Positions 48,798 through 61,940 of a stretch of 64,000 nucleotides of DNA are shown piece after piece (the first letter of the stretch is position 1; each line of letters opens with the position of its first letter). A program made the translations under genes and the position numbers. Source of the stretch: Dimorphilus gyrociliatus (taxonomy: Eukaryota > Animalia > Annelida); NCBI GenBank assembly GCA_904063045.1, contig CAJFCJ010000001.1:186001-250000 (forward strand), written 5' to 3'. A model generated the notes under the pieces. That model was not told the DNA's origin. It did no database searches and worked only from the letters and a program-made list of their open reading frames with translations.

Positions 48798-48811
48798 GTC
48801 GTCATGGCGAC
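48798..48811. promoter_or_regulatory. RFX X-box candidate
   Basis: GTCGTCATGGCGAC, a near-palindrome fitting the GTYNYY-AT-RRNRAC X-box pattern, upstream of the 47727-48494 ORF. Confidence 0.55.
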
Positions 48812-51045
48812 TGACGTTTTCAAACGCGTTAGCCTGCAAGAAAATAGCCCGTATTTATTTATTTCTTTTGAGTCTGTATAAAAGTCTTATTGATTTATAT
48901 TGAGAAAGTCTTTAATAAGTAGCAAATCGTAACGTTTTCATTCCTAATTTTATAAATTCTGTTAATTCCATAAGTAAATACAATGTGTATTTTATATATT
49001 TATATATATTTATTATCTTCTGAAGAACGTTATGATTATTAGAAAAATTATCCGCTAGGTGGAGATTAGCCTTTTTCGTTCACTGATATGTAATGAGTTT
49101 TTTTTTATATATTTAAGGCGCTAAGCCGAGTTTATAGTAATTTAATATAGAAAAAACATCTTTTGTCAAGGGACGACGTAATACCCTTCCTCTATGAATA
49201 ATTACGTCTTATTGTTGGCAAACTAAAATATGGAAGCAGGAGAATAATATAGTAAATCATTAGGTTTTTTTCTTCTTTTGATGACTGGCCTGACGACACC
49301 CGTTAACGTCTCTTTTCATCCTGGTAGTCCACTATTTTCCTACTGATTTGCTTCTTGCGCTCTTATCTTTCACTTTCCCACCTATCTTCTGCTCTTCAGG
49401 TTTCTTTTCAAGGGTAAAGCCTTGGAAATTTGTCCTATATTAAAACCAACACAAAATGGCTGATCTATTATAGCCTTTTGTTTGTCCAGCTCTATCCGTG
49501 AATAAACTAGGAAAGGAAATCGACCAGCTCTTTATTCTGCTCTTTTAAAGCATGGAATGGAAAGCAATGAGGCTGTCTTTTCTCTGCTTCTGTTTTACCT
49601 TTTAAAAACATAGTCTTAGTGGAACAGGAAGAAGAAAGCCTGTATAAAAGAAAGAGATAGATAGTTAGAGACTTAGGCAGAAGAAAGAGACAAACAAATG
49701 AAAAGGAAAACAGAACGAGAGCGGCAAAGCAAAGTAGCATCTTTTTTCTCTCCACCGGAAAAGGTGAATGTTTTCTCAAATGAAGCAAATGTAGTCGTCT
49801 AACTTATAGCTGCCACATAGGCTTACGCATCCGGGGGTAAATTAGTCGTCTCATTAGTTTGTCTCAAAGACGAGGTGTTGTGCCAGTATTAGCCATAGGC
49901 CTAAGTAGAGCAGTTAAAAAATAGAGAAGAGATAATAAATAAAAAACGAACAGAGAGGAAGCTGGCACAGATTTTTGTTGTATTTTAAGGAAAAATAAAA
50001 ATACAGTATATAAAGAAAAAAAAACCTTTATTTAGCAAACTTGCAGAATTTACTGCCTAGGTGGACACGCCTGGATGACGTCATAATATCTGTTGAAATT
50101 GATTCCTGCCTACAGCTAGCGTCTACTCCAAACGATGTAAGCTGGTAAAAAAAAATAGAACCTTTAAATTATCTTTCTGCATTTTGTTTAAATGCGATTT
50201 TTTTCTTGCTAATTAAAGTCTACATATAGTTGAAACTTTCTGTATAATTGTAAAAATTCTCTCAATTATAATATAGGCCTATAGATTTGGATTATAGATC
50301 TTATATTATTAAAAACACATTGGGTAGCTTGTTTAGTTCTTTGTAATTCATTCCAATCATCTTACTTATTACTGAAGGTTTTCGTAATGAATAATTTTCT
50401 ATCAGGAGAATGCTTTTATTTGGATTTCTCTATAAATTCCTGTTTTTTTAATAAAGAAGACACAGAGAATTTAATAATAAGCCCAGATGAAAGGAATAAT
50501 TGAAAATTTTCTGTATTTACTTGTAAAATCAACCGGGTTCCTAGTGCTGTATGTTATATTTCTTTTTTAGATTAATGATAATATCATGTAATGACTATCC
50601 CAAACAAGCCGAATATTCTATTAATACAGTGATTAGAAAGATTTTATTACGACTTTGTTAAATGATCAGGAGCTTTTCTTCTCATCTACAGACACAACCT
50701 GTCAAAGCTCCGATTACAAATATGGTAGATTAAGGAAAGTAAATAAAAATAATTAATTGGTGAAGTCAGTGTTACCGTTCTGGCGCTTTAATTCAAGGGC
50801 AGTTTAATATCGATTTTTCTCTTCATTAATCTTATGCGATTTCGAATGACTAGAAAGTGAATAAACCGGAAATTCTTGCGCAAACCAACCGATCATGAAC
50901 GAACTATTGATTGATTTTTCATTTTTATCTATTAGCCCTCTTTATTACTTAAATGCTATCGATTTCGTTTTGAGTATATGATAAAAAACAGGTTTTGTGT
51001 TTCATTACGGGAGTGAGATATAGAGAAAAACAGAGTAGGTGAGAG

Positions 51046-51047
<2 letters not shown>

Positions 51048-51080
<33 letters not shown>
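51048..51080. repeat. (GA)n microsatellite
   Basis: Direct reading. Confidence 0.9.
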
Positions 51081-51083
<3 letters not shown>

Positions 51084-51740
51084 TGTCTATGTGGCTGAGG
51101 AGACAAGTAGAGAAAAGACTTGGAAAATATAAGAAAAATAATCTTTCGTTTTGCAGTGTAGGGCACACCAAATTCCTTTTAGTGTTATTTTATACGAGAC
51201 CGTCTCAGACAGACTCGCGGTGACTCTTCTTCAACACACAGTTCTTTTCAATTATCATTCTTTTTATTCTCCTTCACCTCGTCCGCTCCAATCATTACTT
51301 CTCTCTCAAACACAGTTAAATTTAATATTCCATCTACCTTCCAACAGCGGTGTTTTCCTTTCATTATTTCTCTACAGTTTGTCGTCACCAAAATGCCTTT
51401 TTTTTCGATAGAAAATGTAGAAAAGAAGAAACAAAAGAGGTAAGCATCTAATCTTCCAGAGCACCAGAATGAACGTGCAAAAATAGTGTGCTATAAAGGA
51501 TACATCTTTGCGTGTAGTTTTTTTTTCTCTTTTCCTTTCTTTGATTTTTCTTTCGTTTTTCTTAGTAAAATAAAATATCGTTCATATTTTTGCGTTTTTA
51601 AGAGGAAGTTGAGAGATTAAAAAGGAGATTCTTTACAAAAAGTTATATAAACTCTAACAATAATTAGTTAAATTATCTTCCTGTGTTGAAAACAACAAAA
51701 TTTCCCATTCTTCCCTGTGTTTCACTCACAAATATTTGGG

Positions 51741-52589
51741 TCACCAATTACAGCTTGGCACCGCTCTCAGGGGAGAAGGTCCTAGTACTGTACCAAGTTC
51801 TCCAGTACGTTCAGCGCGCAGCAGTCTATCCAATGGTATCTCGTCGTCAGCAGCATCGAACGACATTTGCTTTGACGTTTGCGACGGTTCAGAATCAATG
51901 GAACATTGACGGCACTTGATCTGTGCCAGGCGTTTCGAGCTGCTGCCGCCGCTATCGACTGATTGTTGTTGAACGAATTTTGTTAGACTATCTCGATCAA
52001 TCGACTTTTGCTTGACGACAGAAACGTCGGCCTGGACGCGTATCTCATTAGAACCGGAATTAGAGGGCGGGTGATCGTGATAGGAAGAAACGACGTCCGG
52101 TAGAGCCTGCAAAGATATATCACTAGCTGGCTCATCCAATTCTTCCTGATCAGCCGAACCATAAGCCGCGTTTATTTTGGCCAATTTCTTTAATTTCCTC
52201 GTGTTTTGCCATTTGGCGAGGAAGACGAACATAACAATAATTCCTAACGCCATAAAGGCACCAAAACTACTACCCAATGCTACTGCCAAAGAATCGGTAC
52301 CTGTCGACGCCTGCAGGCACGATGTGTATGTTTCGTTAGAAGAGAAAGCTTCTACACAGATATTATAATACGTATTTTCATGTAGTTGCTGAATATCGAA
52401 CTCTCTTTCCCTTGAATGTAGCCTAGAAGATTTTTGAATTATCGTTGATTTAAAGGCTGTGTAGATTAATCGATAAGCGTTAACAAAGGTTTGGACGTTA
52501 TCTCGTATTCCCCAGCAAACAAGGAGAGAATCCTTTGTGGATGAAACGAGCTTGAAGGAGGTGAAAACTTGCGTTTGGTTATCGTGCAT
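51741..52589 (-). CDS. Single fibronectin type III domain plus TM protein with Ser-rich cytoplasmic tail (~282 aa)
   Basis: FN3 pattern SLLVCW..YRLIY..FDIQQLHENTYYNICVEA; TM LAVALGSSFGAFMALGIIVMFVFLA. Likely ATG at 52589; acceptor TTTGCAG at 52658 and a probable non-coding upstream exon ending at 53496 (GG|GTGAGT). Confidence 0.75.
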   Translation of the reverse strand: MHDNQTQVFTSFKLVSSTKDSLLVCWGIRDNVQTFVNAYRLIYTAFKSTIIQKSSRLHSREREFDIQQLHENTYYNICVEAFSSNETYTSCLQASTGTDSLAVALGSSFGAFMALGIIVMFVFLAKWQNTRKLKKLAKINAAYGSADQEELDEPASDISLQALPDVVSSYHDHPPSNSGSNEIRVQADVSVVKQKSIDRDSLTKFVQQQSVDSGGSSSKRLAQIKCRQCSIDSEPSQTSKQMSFDAADDEIPLDRLLRAERTGELGTVLGPSPLRAVPSCNW

Positions 52590-53436
52590 GGCGACGAGTC
52601 GTGAGAAAAGGTCGTAGGAAATGAGCGCGAAATTGCTGTCCCTCCAGCAAAAGTCTCCTGCAAATACACACAGAGAATATACTGCCGTTGTTAATCGCAG
52701 GTGGGGCGAGGAAGAAGGGTAACCAGTGCATGAAAGATGTTCTATCGACGGTTGAAAACAATTGGAAACAACTCGTCTCAGTAAATTGGCAAATACACTT
52801 TCTTTCAATTTATTTCATTACATTTTCGGTGAGGAAATTCGCTTTTTTACCTTTAAATATACACCCCAAGTTTCACCATCCTATAGTTAAATTCAATAAA
52901 TAACCTTAATATTCATAAAATTTATAGAATTTATTAATAAATCTTTATGCTATTTAACTCTTAGAAGGTTAGGTACTTTGAAGACATGAAGAATAAAATA
53001 TTCAACTACATATATATACATATATATATATATATATGTATACTGTATGTATAATAATACTTAGATATGTATAATATATAAAGCATATACATGTTTAAAG
53101 GAAGAAGCATACATGTATGTACCTATAATTATGATTTTTTAAGGTTAAATATAGCGTATATAAAGTGGAATTTAAAAATGAATTAGCTAACACATGTGGG
53201 CATATAAATACTATATGAATTCCTCAGATAATACGATTATATAACTCCTACATGTGTATATACTGTAAAAGTATATTTTTAAGTGTCTCTACACACACGT
53301 ATTGATGTATACAGTATATACAGAACGTATGCGACAGATATTACATATGTATCGTTGCAACCGTCTATCTCGACTCGTTCATCGATTAACATCTTTCTCC
53401 CTTAGTCGACGCCTTCAACAGTAGGCGTCGTAAACG

Positions 53437-53450
53437 GTTACCATAGAGAC
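53437..53450. promoter_or_regulatory. RFX X-box-like element near the 5' exon of the FN3-TM gene
   Basis: GTTACCATAGAGAC, an imperfect X-box. Confidence 0.3.
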
Positions 53451-54844
53451 CTGTAACAATCCATTGTTTCGAAGAACATTAGAATTGCTACTCACCCTTC
53501 TTCCTAGCCCTAGTTTATCCAATCGTTTTCTCAGCAATCGTCGATGAGAAAAAGAGAAAAATCGAAAGAGAAAAAGGGAAAATCCAAAAGATACCTTTGC
53601 CCCCCGATGCAGAGCGTGTACTGGCCAATTGCTTTCTAGAAGGGGAGGAACGAGTGGGGCGCGCGAAAATAACGTATGCGTTTAACGCTTATCGATTCGC
53701 TTGTGCTCGTTTGTCTCGGTGACGCCGCCATCGACGCTCATTGGCCAATGTAGTTTGTTTGCGAATATTTTAGTTAGGAATTCGGTTCCACACATTAATA
53801 TATATATAGAATATATTTTATATTATTTTTATCGCTAAAAACGAATATTCTCAGTTAATTTGACAGAAGTAGATATAAAAATTCCCATATGCCTTAAAGT
53901 CATAAATTGTATACTGAGTGTTAATGAAATTTTAAAGAAGTCTATTAATAAATCCATTCAAATGTATCAGCCCATCAAATAAATATGCATATACATTTTA
54001 TTTAGGTGAGATTGCAATATACACTAAATGCAACTGATTTACAGTGTAATACTCTTTTCTACAAACACAGAAATTTAACCTAAAAACTAGAGTATTTTTG
54101 TAGTAAATATATGTAGATACAATAGTGAGTACACTCTTTACATGCTTTACACTACATATACGAGCACTTATAATGACAAGCGAGGATATGAAGGTATATG
54201 CAACTTATAATCAAATACAGATACACACACACACACGTATATATATATTATATTTTATCTAAGAGACACAATATATCAATACATCTAAGATAGCAAAATG
54301 CATGTGTGTAATTATTTTACACCAGTGCACACTCTTCTAATATTTTTAAGGCTTTTTGGCATGCATTTCATGCTAAATTAGGTATTAATAAAGACAATAT
54401 TTGTATTCGATATCTTTTTTTAGACGTCTGAACATCTAGGTACGTCTTTTTTGATATTTTTATCCAGTTCAGATAAAGTACTTTCCATACAATACTTATA
54501 TATAGATATAAAATTATTACAATTAAGTAAATATAGCATATATTCATTTATATATGTAGATATATATTCTAATATAATATTGTTAACTGTACACATAAAC
54601 TGAGTACACTGTGTATACTGCATGTATAGATATGCATAAAAACGTAAAGGAACACTATTTGCAGTATACATGCTGTGGTTAGAGTATACAAAACAAAATC
54701 TGTACTTTTCAACTTAAATATCCTGTTTATAGTGGGATGGTCAGGATAAGCTGTAACGCCATCTATGAGTTTATATTAGTATAATCGGGATATACATTAT
54801 ATATATTTGCTATTTATGAGAACATTATAAATTATGTTCGACAA

Positions 54845-57446
54845 TTAATTTTCCCTATTGTCTCTTAATATTCTCAACTGAATGTACTTTCGATCGCTTG
54901 TAGCACTGCTCTTTCTCCTATCGTCATCTGCTGTACATGTAACAAATTGGGTAGATGATCTAGGCTCATCTCTTTTTGATTTCTTATTCTTCGTTGGTAA
55001 GCTCTTTCTAACATGACCTATCACTTCACCGTTACAAATACAGAATATCAGAGATACCAGAAATCCCTGAGAGTTTGTTATAAATTCGGAAAACCATTCA
55101 TAATATTTGAAAACTATAGACGAAGACCTTGGACGGTATATTACCGACATAAGTTGGAGTCCAAACAGGGGAATTAGGATCAAAGTTGCTTTCAAGGCTC
55201 GTCTATAAAAGAGAATATTTTAATACGGGATGATGTGTGAAACATTTAATCTTGATACCTGAAATTATTGGGTTCATTTGGGTGAGATTGAAGTTTTGTA
55301 AGAAGTATTCTTAAAATGTTGACCAAAAATACAGTATTTAGCTATAAATACATGAAAAGTAAATTATTTTAAGAAAATTTGCGTGTTGAGAGAGATTTTC
55401 CTTACCAATAAGGCACTCAGATTGGGACCGTAAATTATCCATTCTAACCACCCAAGATTTTGAATCCAACAACTGATTGGGTCAGAGTAAATTATAACTA
55501 AGCTTGCTTGACAGTAAAGGATTAGGATGACTATACCTTGAATTAGCGTTCAGGAACCTTATTAAACTATAAGCCGTTATCGGTAACCAAGGAAATCCTG
55601 TGTGTTTTTCTTTTTAAAATATGCGGTTAAACATGTATTGGGATTAGTATTTACCCCAAGCAATTAAGTAGTATCGACCCAATGATTCGGGGGGCTCGAA
55701 GGTACGAACAATCAGTTGATGAAGATATGTACCTTCGGCCAGCATCCACATATAATTTGCACTTGTACTATACCTTGTTAGCATGTTTAAACATCTGCAG
55801 GCCAGCTATATAGGAAGGAAATTAATAAATTTGTGAACTTATTGTAAGTTTCATTTTTTTAACAAATCACGTGTAAAAAATGAAGATATTTACCGAATTT
55901 GCTCTTATTATACTATTACTTGTTGAAGATGTCAAGTTTCTGTATACTATTCCGAGATCCCAAATTAGGTAGACAGTAGAAGTAATAATAAATGAAAGAA
56001 ATAGATTAATATGAAGACGAATCCTATATTGTTTTCGCAGTTGTCTGTAATATGATTTCAAGGCATAAACAAGAGAATTAATTTTTGCGTAATATACAAT
56101 ATGAGGTATTCTTACCTATAACGTGTGAATAGGCATACAGATGGTACCAGTAAAACTAAGCTGGCTACGTTCCACGCAACGCTAATGTAGATGGCTGTCT
56201 TCTTATCCTATTTTCAAATAGTATAAAACGTAAATTTAGATGCTTATATTCACCATACGATTAATGCTAGAGTATTGTATGATTACTCTCGTGAGATTGT
56301 AAGATGGAAAGGATATATATATATATATAGATGTACAGTACATACAATATATATACCTATATATATATATACAGCACAAAACTAGATTTGCTAAGCTGTA
56401 GACGTTATTAAAAAAATTACAGATAAATTTAGGCAAGTGGTATAGTTTGTCCATTCCCTTTTATTCTTTGGATCTATATACCAGCTTCCGTTCGCCTCAC
56501 ATTTCTTTTCAGCAAATACTGTCAGTTAAAAATCGAAAAACTATATGAGAAAGATGAAAGGAGAGAATAAATATCTTGATTATTATTATTATTATTTCTA
56601 TTATTGTTATTTTTTCACTTTTAGACTTACGTGATGGTATCGAATTATCTATAAATGTTGGGCACGGCATTGTTGCCACCGAATTAGGTGGGGTTGCGCT
56701 CCAGCAACCATACCCGTCCCAAGTAGATGGACAATAACCCTGAATGCATCAAAAGAGAAAAGAAAACGGAAAAGAGTTATATATATTCTTAAATGGAAAA
56801 GGATTCTTCCATTTTTCGGTTTATTTAGTATATTACTCTTCACCTTTTTATCTTCCGGTCGGTTTTCAGTTTGAGTTTTGCAGCATTTTATGGCTGATTC
56901 GCAACAACTTTTAAGTCTGGAACAGTCTCTATTACCAATTATAGAGCAAACTTTTGAGAAATCTGATTTTCCTCTCAAATTTACAATCAGGGAATTTGTC
57001 GTGAAATTCAGTAATAATTTATTCCTATTTTTAAAAAATAGAAGAAAAGAACAGCTTTTATTATAATTATTCTAAGAGATAAGGGAAGAAAATTATTCTT
57101 CTCTATTATATGTCGGTTTTTATTTATTTATTTATTTATTTATTTATTAATACTGTATACAATAGAGTAATTAATTACAAACATATAAAGCTTCGACTGT
57201 GCTTTTATGGTTGTAGATTTTATTATATACAGTATCATATATATATATATATTTATCTATAAACAGATATATGAATATAAATTAGAGTGCTATTGTTTAT
57301 GTGAAGTATTCATAATTATTGCTAATATCCGTATTAACATATAAATATATACAGTATACTGCATATATGTATATGTATATACAGTATAATACATATAAAG
57401 AGTAAGAACATTCCAATTACTTTTGTTTCCTGGCTTCAAATTTGTT
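54845..57446 (-). CDS. Class B1 (secretin-family) GPCR, calcitonin/DH31/PDF-receptor-like; start codon not resolved
   Basis: Exons 57421-57446 (tentative), 56844-57024, 56631-56739, 56421-56518, 56116-56207, 55894-56044, 55655-55805, 55537-55597, 55406-55472, 55259-55341, 54845-55202. Hormone-binding domain CPSTWDGYGCW..CP..C...GSW...WTNYTTC; TM motifs IRLHINLFLSF, NYMWMLAEG, KATLILIPLFGLQ, SQGFLVSLIFC. Confidence 0.92.
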
Positions 57447-57987
57447 CTGAAAGAGAAATATGAAACAATCAACACACGTATGACTTTCGTAATAGCTTCC
57501 CTTCAAGTAACCGTTTCGTGTTAGGCAGGACTTTGAAGAGATCTAGAAAAATGAGGGCAATTACCATCATCCTTTATGCATATAATTTTATATCGTGTAT
57601 CTACATATGAAATTAACTATCTACACTGTGTATTCTTTACTTAAAAACTGACTAATAGCTTTGTTTATACATCAGAAATATTAGTATAATACATGCTCTA
57701 GGCAAATCTTTAATCAGTAGTATTAGAAATGAGAGTTTATGCAATAAATAACATTATTGTCTCTCATTGCCTTGTCTATAATTAAAATGATATTAATAAT
57801 ATATATATGTATTTATGTATGTAGATATGTAAACGTAATATTCCTAATATATTTATATTTATAGCCATATTTTAATATCTTTGTTGGAGAAAAAGACAGC
57901 AATTTTGAGAATAGGTAATAGGTAGGAGATCCTAATGGAAAAGTATAATACTACTTAAAATGAATTCTTATTAAAATGAAAAATTTA

Positions 57988-58027
<40 letters not shown>

Positions 58028-58731
58028 TATATAAAATCACACATATGTAAGTATTCATTTCTTGAAAATTAACAAAGACGTGGAATATATGAAATATTAT
58101 TGGAATTTTAAAGACGTGCGGAATTACTTTGAATTTCTCTTTTTAAAAAAAAGTCTACTCTTCTTTGAAATGTAATTTCATTTATTATAAAAATATACAT
58201 TTAATCCAAAAAATAAATAGCAATATCTATTTGAAAGAAAGAAAATTGGTAGAAAGGACAAGCACTACAAGGGGGCAGATGTCCAATTTAGATGACCAGG
58301 GTCACTTTAAAGAGAGGAATGATAGAGGGAAAGCTAATGAACGTTACAGAAAGATAGAGGTTAGAACTATAGTAAATAAAATCTTACCGTTTTACTTAAA
58401 GCGTATTGACACGCATTTTCAGATATTAAAAATAATTGAAAAGTGATGTACCACTTCATTTCATACTATAATGAGCTTCTGTTATCCACTGGTTAAGAAC
58501 AAAAAATTGAAAACTTCAGTAGAACCGGAGATAGATCTAGATTCATGCGATATTGCTAAACGGCTCTTAAGAGATAGTTAGCTTTGCGAATTGTGAATTG
58601 CCGCTAGATGACACTCTAATTACTCTACTCTTCTCATAATTTATATATTTATAATAGAAAATATAACAGTAAATTGAAAGCAGTGAGGAGTAAAGGTACA
58701 TGCCCAGTAAATACTATATATATTGTATACA

Positions 58732-58772
<41 letters not shown>

Positions 58773-59593
58773 CTATATTGTATATTTAATTATATTATAT
58801 ATACATTGAGATATAAATGAACAATAACTTAACGCGGTGAAGAAGAAAAGCGTATATTGAAAAAGAGAAATATATACCTATATACTGTATATATTAGTAT
58901 TTTATATAGAAGGTCTATCTATAAGACTTAAGAGACTTTGAAAAGAGAAAACAGTAAAAAATTTGCAGAATCGATGGACTTAGTTTAACATTCAGAGAAT
59001 ATTATCTACTGGCTTCTGCATAAATTGTTTTATGCCGTGAAATGTTTCTTAAGCGTGTACTTTTTTAAAATAAAACTAGCCTGAAGACATTTTTCAATTT
59101 GACACTAATGGTATTTTATAAATAATAAACAATAAGAGCATCGAGCAATTAGAAAATACGTAGGATAAAAACATATTTTAAGCCTAATAGAAATTGTCAC
59201 AAATCAATCGCTTCTCTTCAATGACTGAATCGCTTATGTTCAATAAATTGTATTGTTAAGCTAGCATGAACAGCAAGTGCGCCTTCTTTCTCTATTAACA
59301 ATTGCCGTAGCCTTTTTTTCCCTATTCATTCTTGCAATTCTCCCCCCTTCCCAACGATAATTTATTAAAGAGAAAAACAAAGATTATCTTTAGTTTGAAA
59401 TATTTTCATTAATTCGACAATACTGTAATTAATTAACACTTTTACCTATTTGTTATATTTTACTAATTTATCAAGTGTTTGAAAACCTTCTATAGTACTG
59501 GACGATAATAGAGTAGGGGTCTTACAGAGATATTCAACTGCATATAACTTAGTAACGCTGTGACAAGGCGACAAAGCTTTTAAAAATATAAAT

Positions 59594-60716
59594 ATGGACG
59601 ATGAAAACTTTGACGATGAAGAAGACGAATGGATTAGTCGTGGTCCGTCTATGTACAGAAGGACTTCAGCACCGACAGCTCATTCATTATATATTCTACC
59701 TTTTGGTTTTGACGTAAAAACTTCATTCGCAGCTACTGAAAGTCTTTTAAATGTAAGGAGCGCAAATTTTAGCATTCGTCAAAAGGAAGAGGATAACGAC
59801 ATATGGAAGTAGGGCTTCTCTCTTTAAATGAGCATTTATTTCTATTAAATGAAAGTCTTAAATGGATAAAATTCTAATTGTTTTTTTCTCTTTTAATGTA
59901 ATTTCTAGGAGGCCGCCGCCCGATTTCAGACCGCAAGTCTATGCTCCCAAACCGCCTAAAAGAAATTCTAGAGATGCTGTGAAACCTTGGAAGTATCATG
60001 CGAGATTTGATGACGAACCTCCGCGTTCTAAAAATATTCCTCCTAAACTACCAGAAATTTTTGCTCCTGTAAAACCAGGTGAAAATTTAACGAAAGAGAA
60101 ACCAAGATTTATACGGACGTTTCGTATCAATGATTCGTACGATGCCAAGTTGGACTTGGTTAAAAAATTTAGGGAAGTTAAAGGTTCTGTTGAACCATAT
60201 CAGCAACCAGAACCCCATGACTTTAGGAATTATCCTTCGTTAAAAAAATTAGGCTTAGACGAATTTACCACATCCTATGAACGCGATCCCTTCAATATCA
60301 ACTTTCAAAGTGAACGCCTGAATACAAGTAAGTTCCCTTAGTCATATATACTGATCTGTTTGCTCTGTATACATTAAAAAATTACTGACGTTCTAACGTT
60401 TCAGTTCATGGTTTGGTATCAGCGCCCCCTATGGGTTCCAGAAACGTGGGTATACAGATGGCTCCACCAATGTCTCCTCAAGAGAAATGGGAAGCCAGGT
60501 TGATTCTTGATAAAGATCCTTGGCCCGAAAAATCAGCTGAATATACGGTACACATTTAGAGATTCCTATTAAATACCAGATTTAATTTTACAAATTTATG
60601 AACAGAGATATCGTAGACGACGGACCGCTCATTCGGCACTAATGGATCGTATTGAAGATACACTAAGTAAGAAATGGTACCGAGAAAAGATGAAAGTGAA
60701 TAACAGCTTTAATTGA
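59594..60716 (+). CDS. Conserved uncharacterised protein, C7orf78-like (~295 aa)
   Basis: Exons 59594-59808, 59909-60327, 60405-60547, 60606-60716, phase-consistent. Motifs IWKRPPPDF, F.TSYERDP, WEARLIL.K.PWP.KSA.YTRYRRRR.A.SALMDRIE resemble the C7orf78 family as I recall it; not database-checked. Confidence 0.65.
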
Positions 60717-61115
60717 AAATTAACAATTTAGCATAATACTTAAATGATTAGCAGGGGCACGTTTTCTTTAAGATAAATTAATTGAAAAACACCCCCATAT
60801 ATGTACAATTCCAATAATAATAGGTAATAAAGAAATCTAAAAATTCTAATTGATCTGTATTTTATAAACTTTCAACACATCAAACATATATTTAAATAAC
60901 ATTATTAAGTCGCGTTTGTATTCTTTCTTGTTATATCTACTATCAACCCCTTTCAACATTTCCTTGACCTAACCTCCCCTCTCCCCCTCCCCCACTTCTT
61001 TATTGCGGCTAGAACGTCTTAGACGACGTTATTAGCTTAAGTTATAGTCGCGTCAGTGTGCGTAGGTGAGAGCGTATAAGAGGCATCTACCGCCGCAAAA
61101 ACGGGCAAAGCAAAC

Positions 61116-61355
61116 ATGAAGATAATATTGCTTATCTCCTTCGTCTATCTTCTTCTCGTATTCGCTCCTCAAGTTTCGACTTTCAGCGTTGGTAGCAAGT
61201 TGGATGACCGAACAATGGAAAAGAGGAACGACAAACGATTGCATGATTTACGTCGATTTTGGAATTATCTTGCGTTGACCAAACTCGGTTTCTCTCTGCC
61301 ACCAGATGCGAATTTGGCGCGAAAAGTTTGGAAAGGACTTATTATAAATTTATGA
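61116..61355 (+). CDS. Small secreted peptide precursor (79 aa) with dibasic sites
   Basis: Clear signal peptide MKIILLISFVYLLLVFAPQVST, followed by KR, KR, RR and RK sites. Intronless as seen. Confidence 0.6.
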   Translation: MKIILLISFVYLLLVFAPQVSTFSVGSKLDDRTMEKRNDKRLHDLRRFWNYLALTKLGFSLPPDANLARKVWKGLIINL

Positions 61356-61706
61356 CAAATTTTATATAAGTATAAAAGTATCAAAGTTTCTATTAGTAAT
61401 TATAAACAATACTTATGTATTTGCGTACAAGTACACTTGTATGTAAATGTATAGATATAAGAAAAAGTAAAACTTTATGCCAAAGGTATAAAAGTAAGAA
61501 TAACGATGTTTTTGAACGTTTCCTCCAGTAATGTGAACACGTGCAATATTACTTAATAAGTATTTAATAATTATATAAATATACCCTATGTATAGACTCT
61601 ATACATAAGGTGTATATAAATTTATAGATAATTTTATTAGGATTTAATATATTTATTTATATACAGATATATATATTTTTAACAAGGATATTTATATTTA
61701 TATCCC

Positions 61707-61737
<31 letters not shown>

Positions 61738-61940
61738 AGTATATATATATATGTATATCTGTATGTAAAACTTTTTACATAATCTGTCAGATCAAAGAGG
61801 ATCTATATTTCTAAAATATATATAGGATAATCTTATCTATTTATGCTCTGTAGGTCAACATGTAATATATCGTATCATGTATCCCTTATACATACAAAAA
61901 AAAGAATCTATCGAACTTAACAGAGACTATATTTTTCCTT

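Noticed and set aside
58165-58446. 93-aa plus-strand ORF
   Set aside because: Non-ATG start, AT-rich composition, no homology cues; probably antisense to the GPCR 5' region.
54845-61355. Claim that the HIGA or 79-aa peptide is the ligand of the neighbouring GPCR
   Set aside because: Only proximity supports it, and ligand-receptor linkage is not the norm. Kept as a test, not a call.
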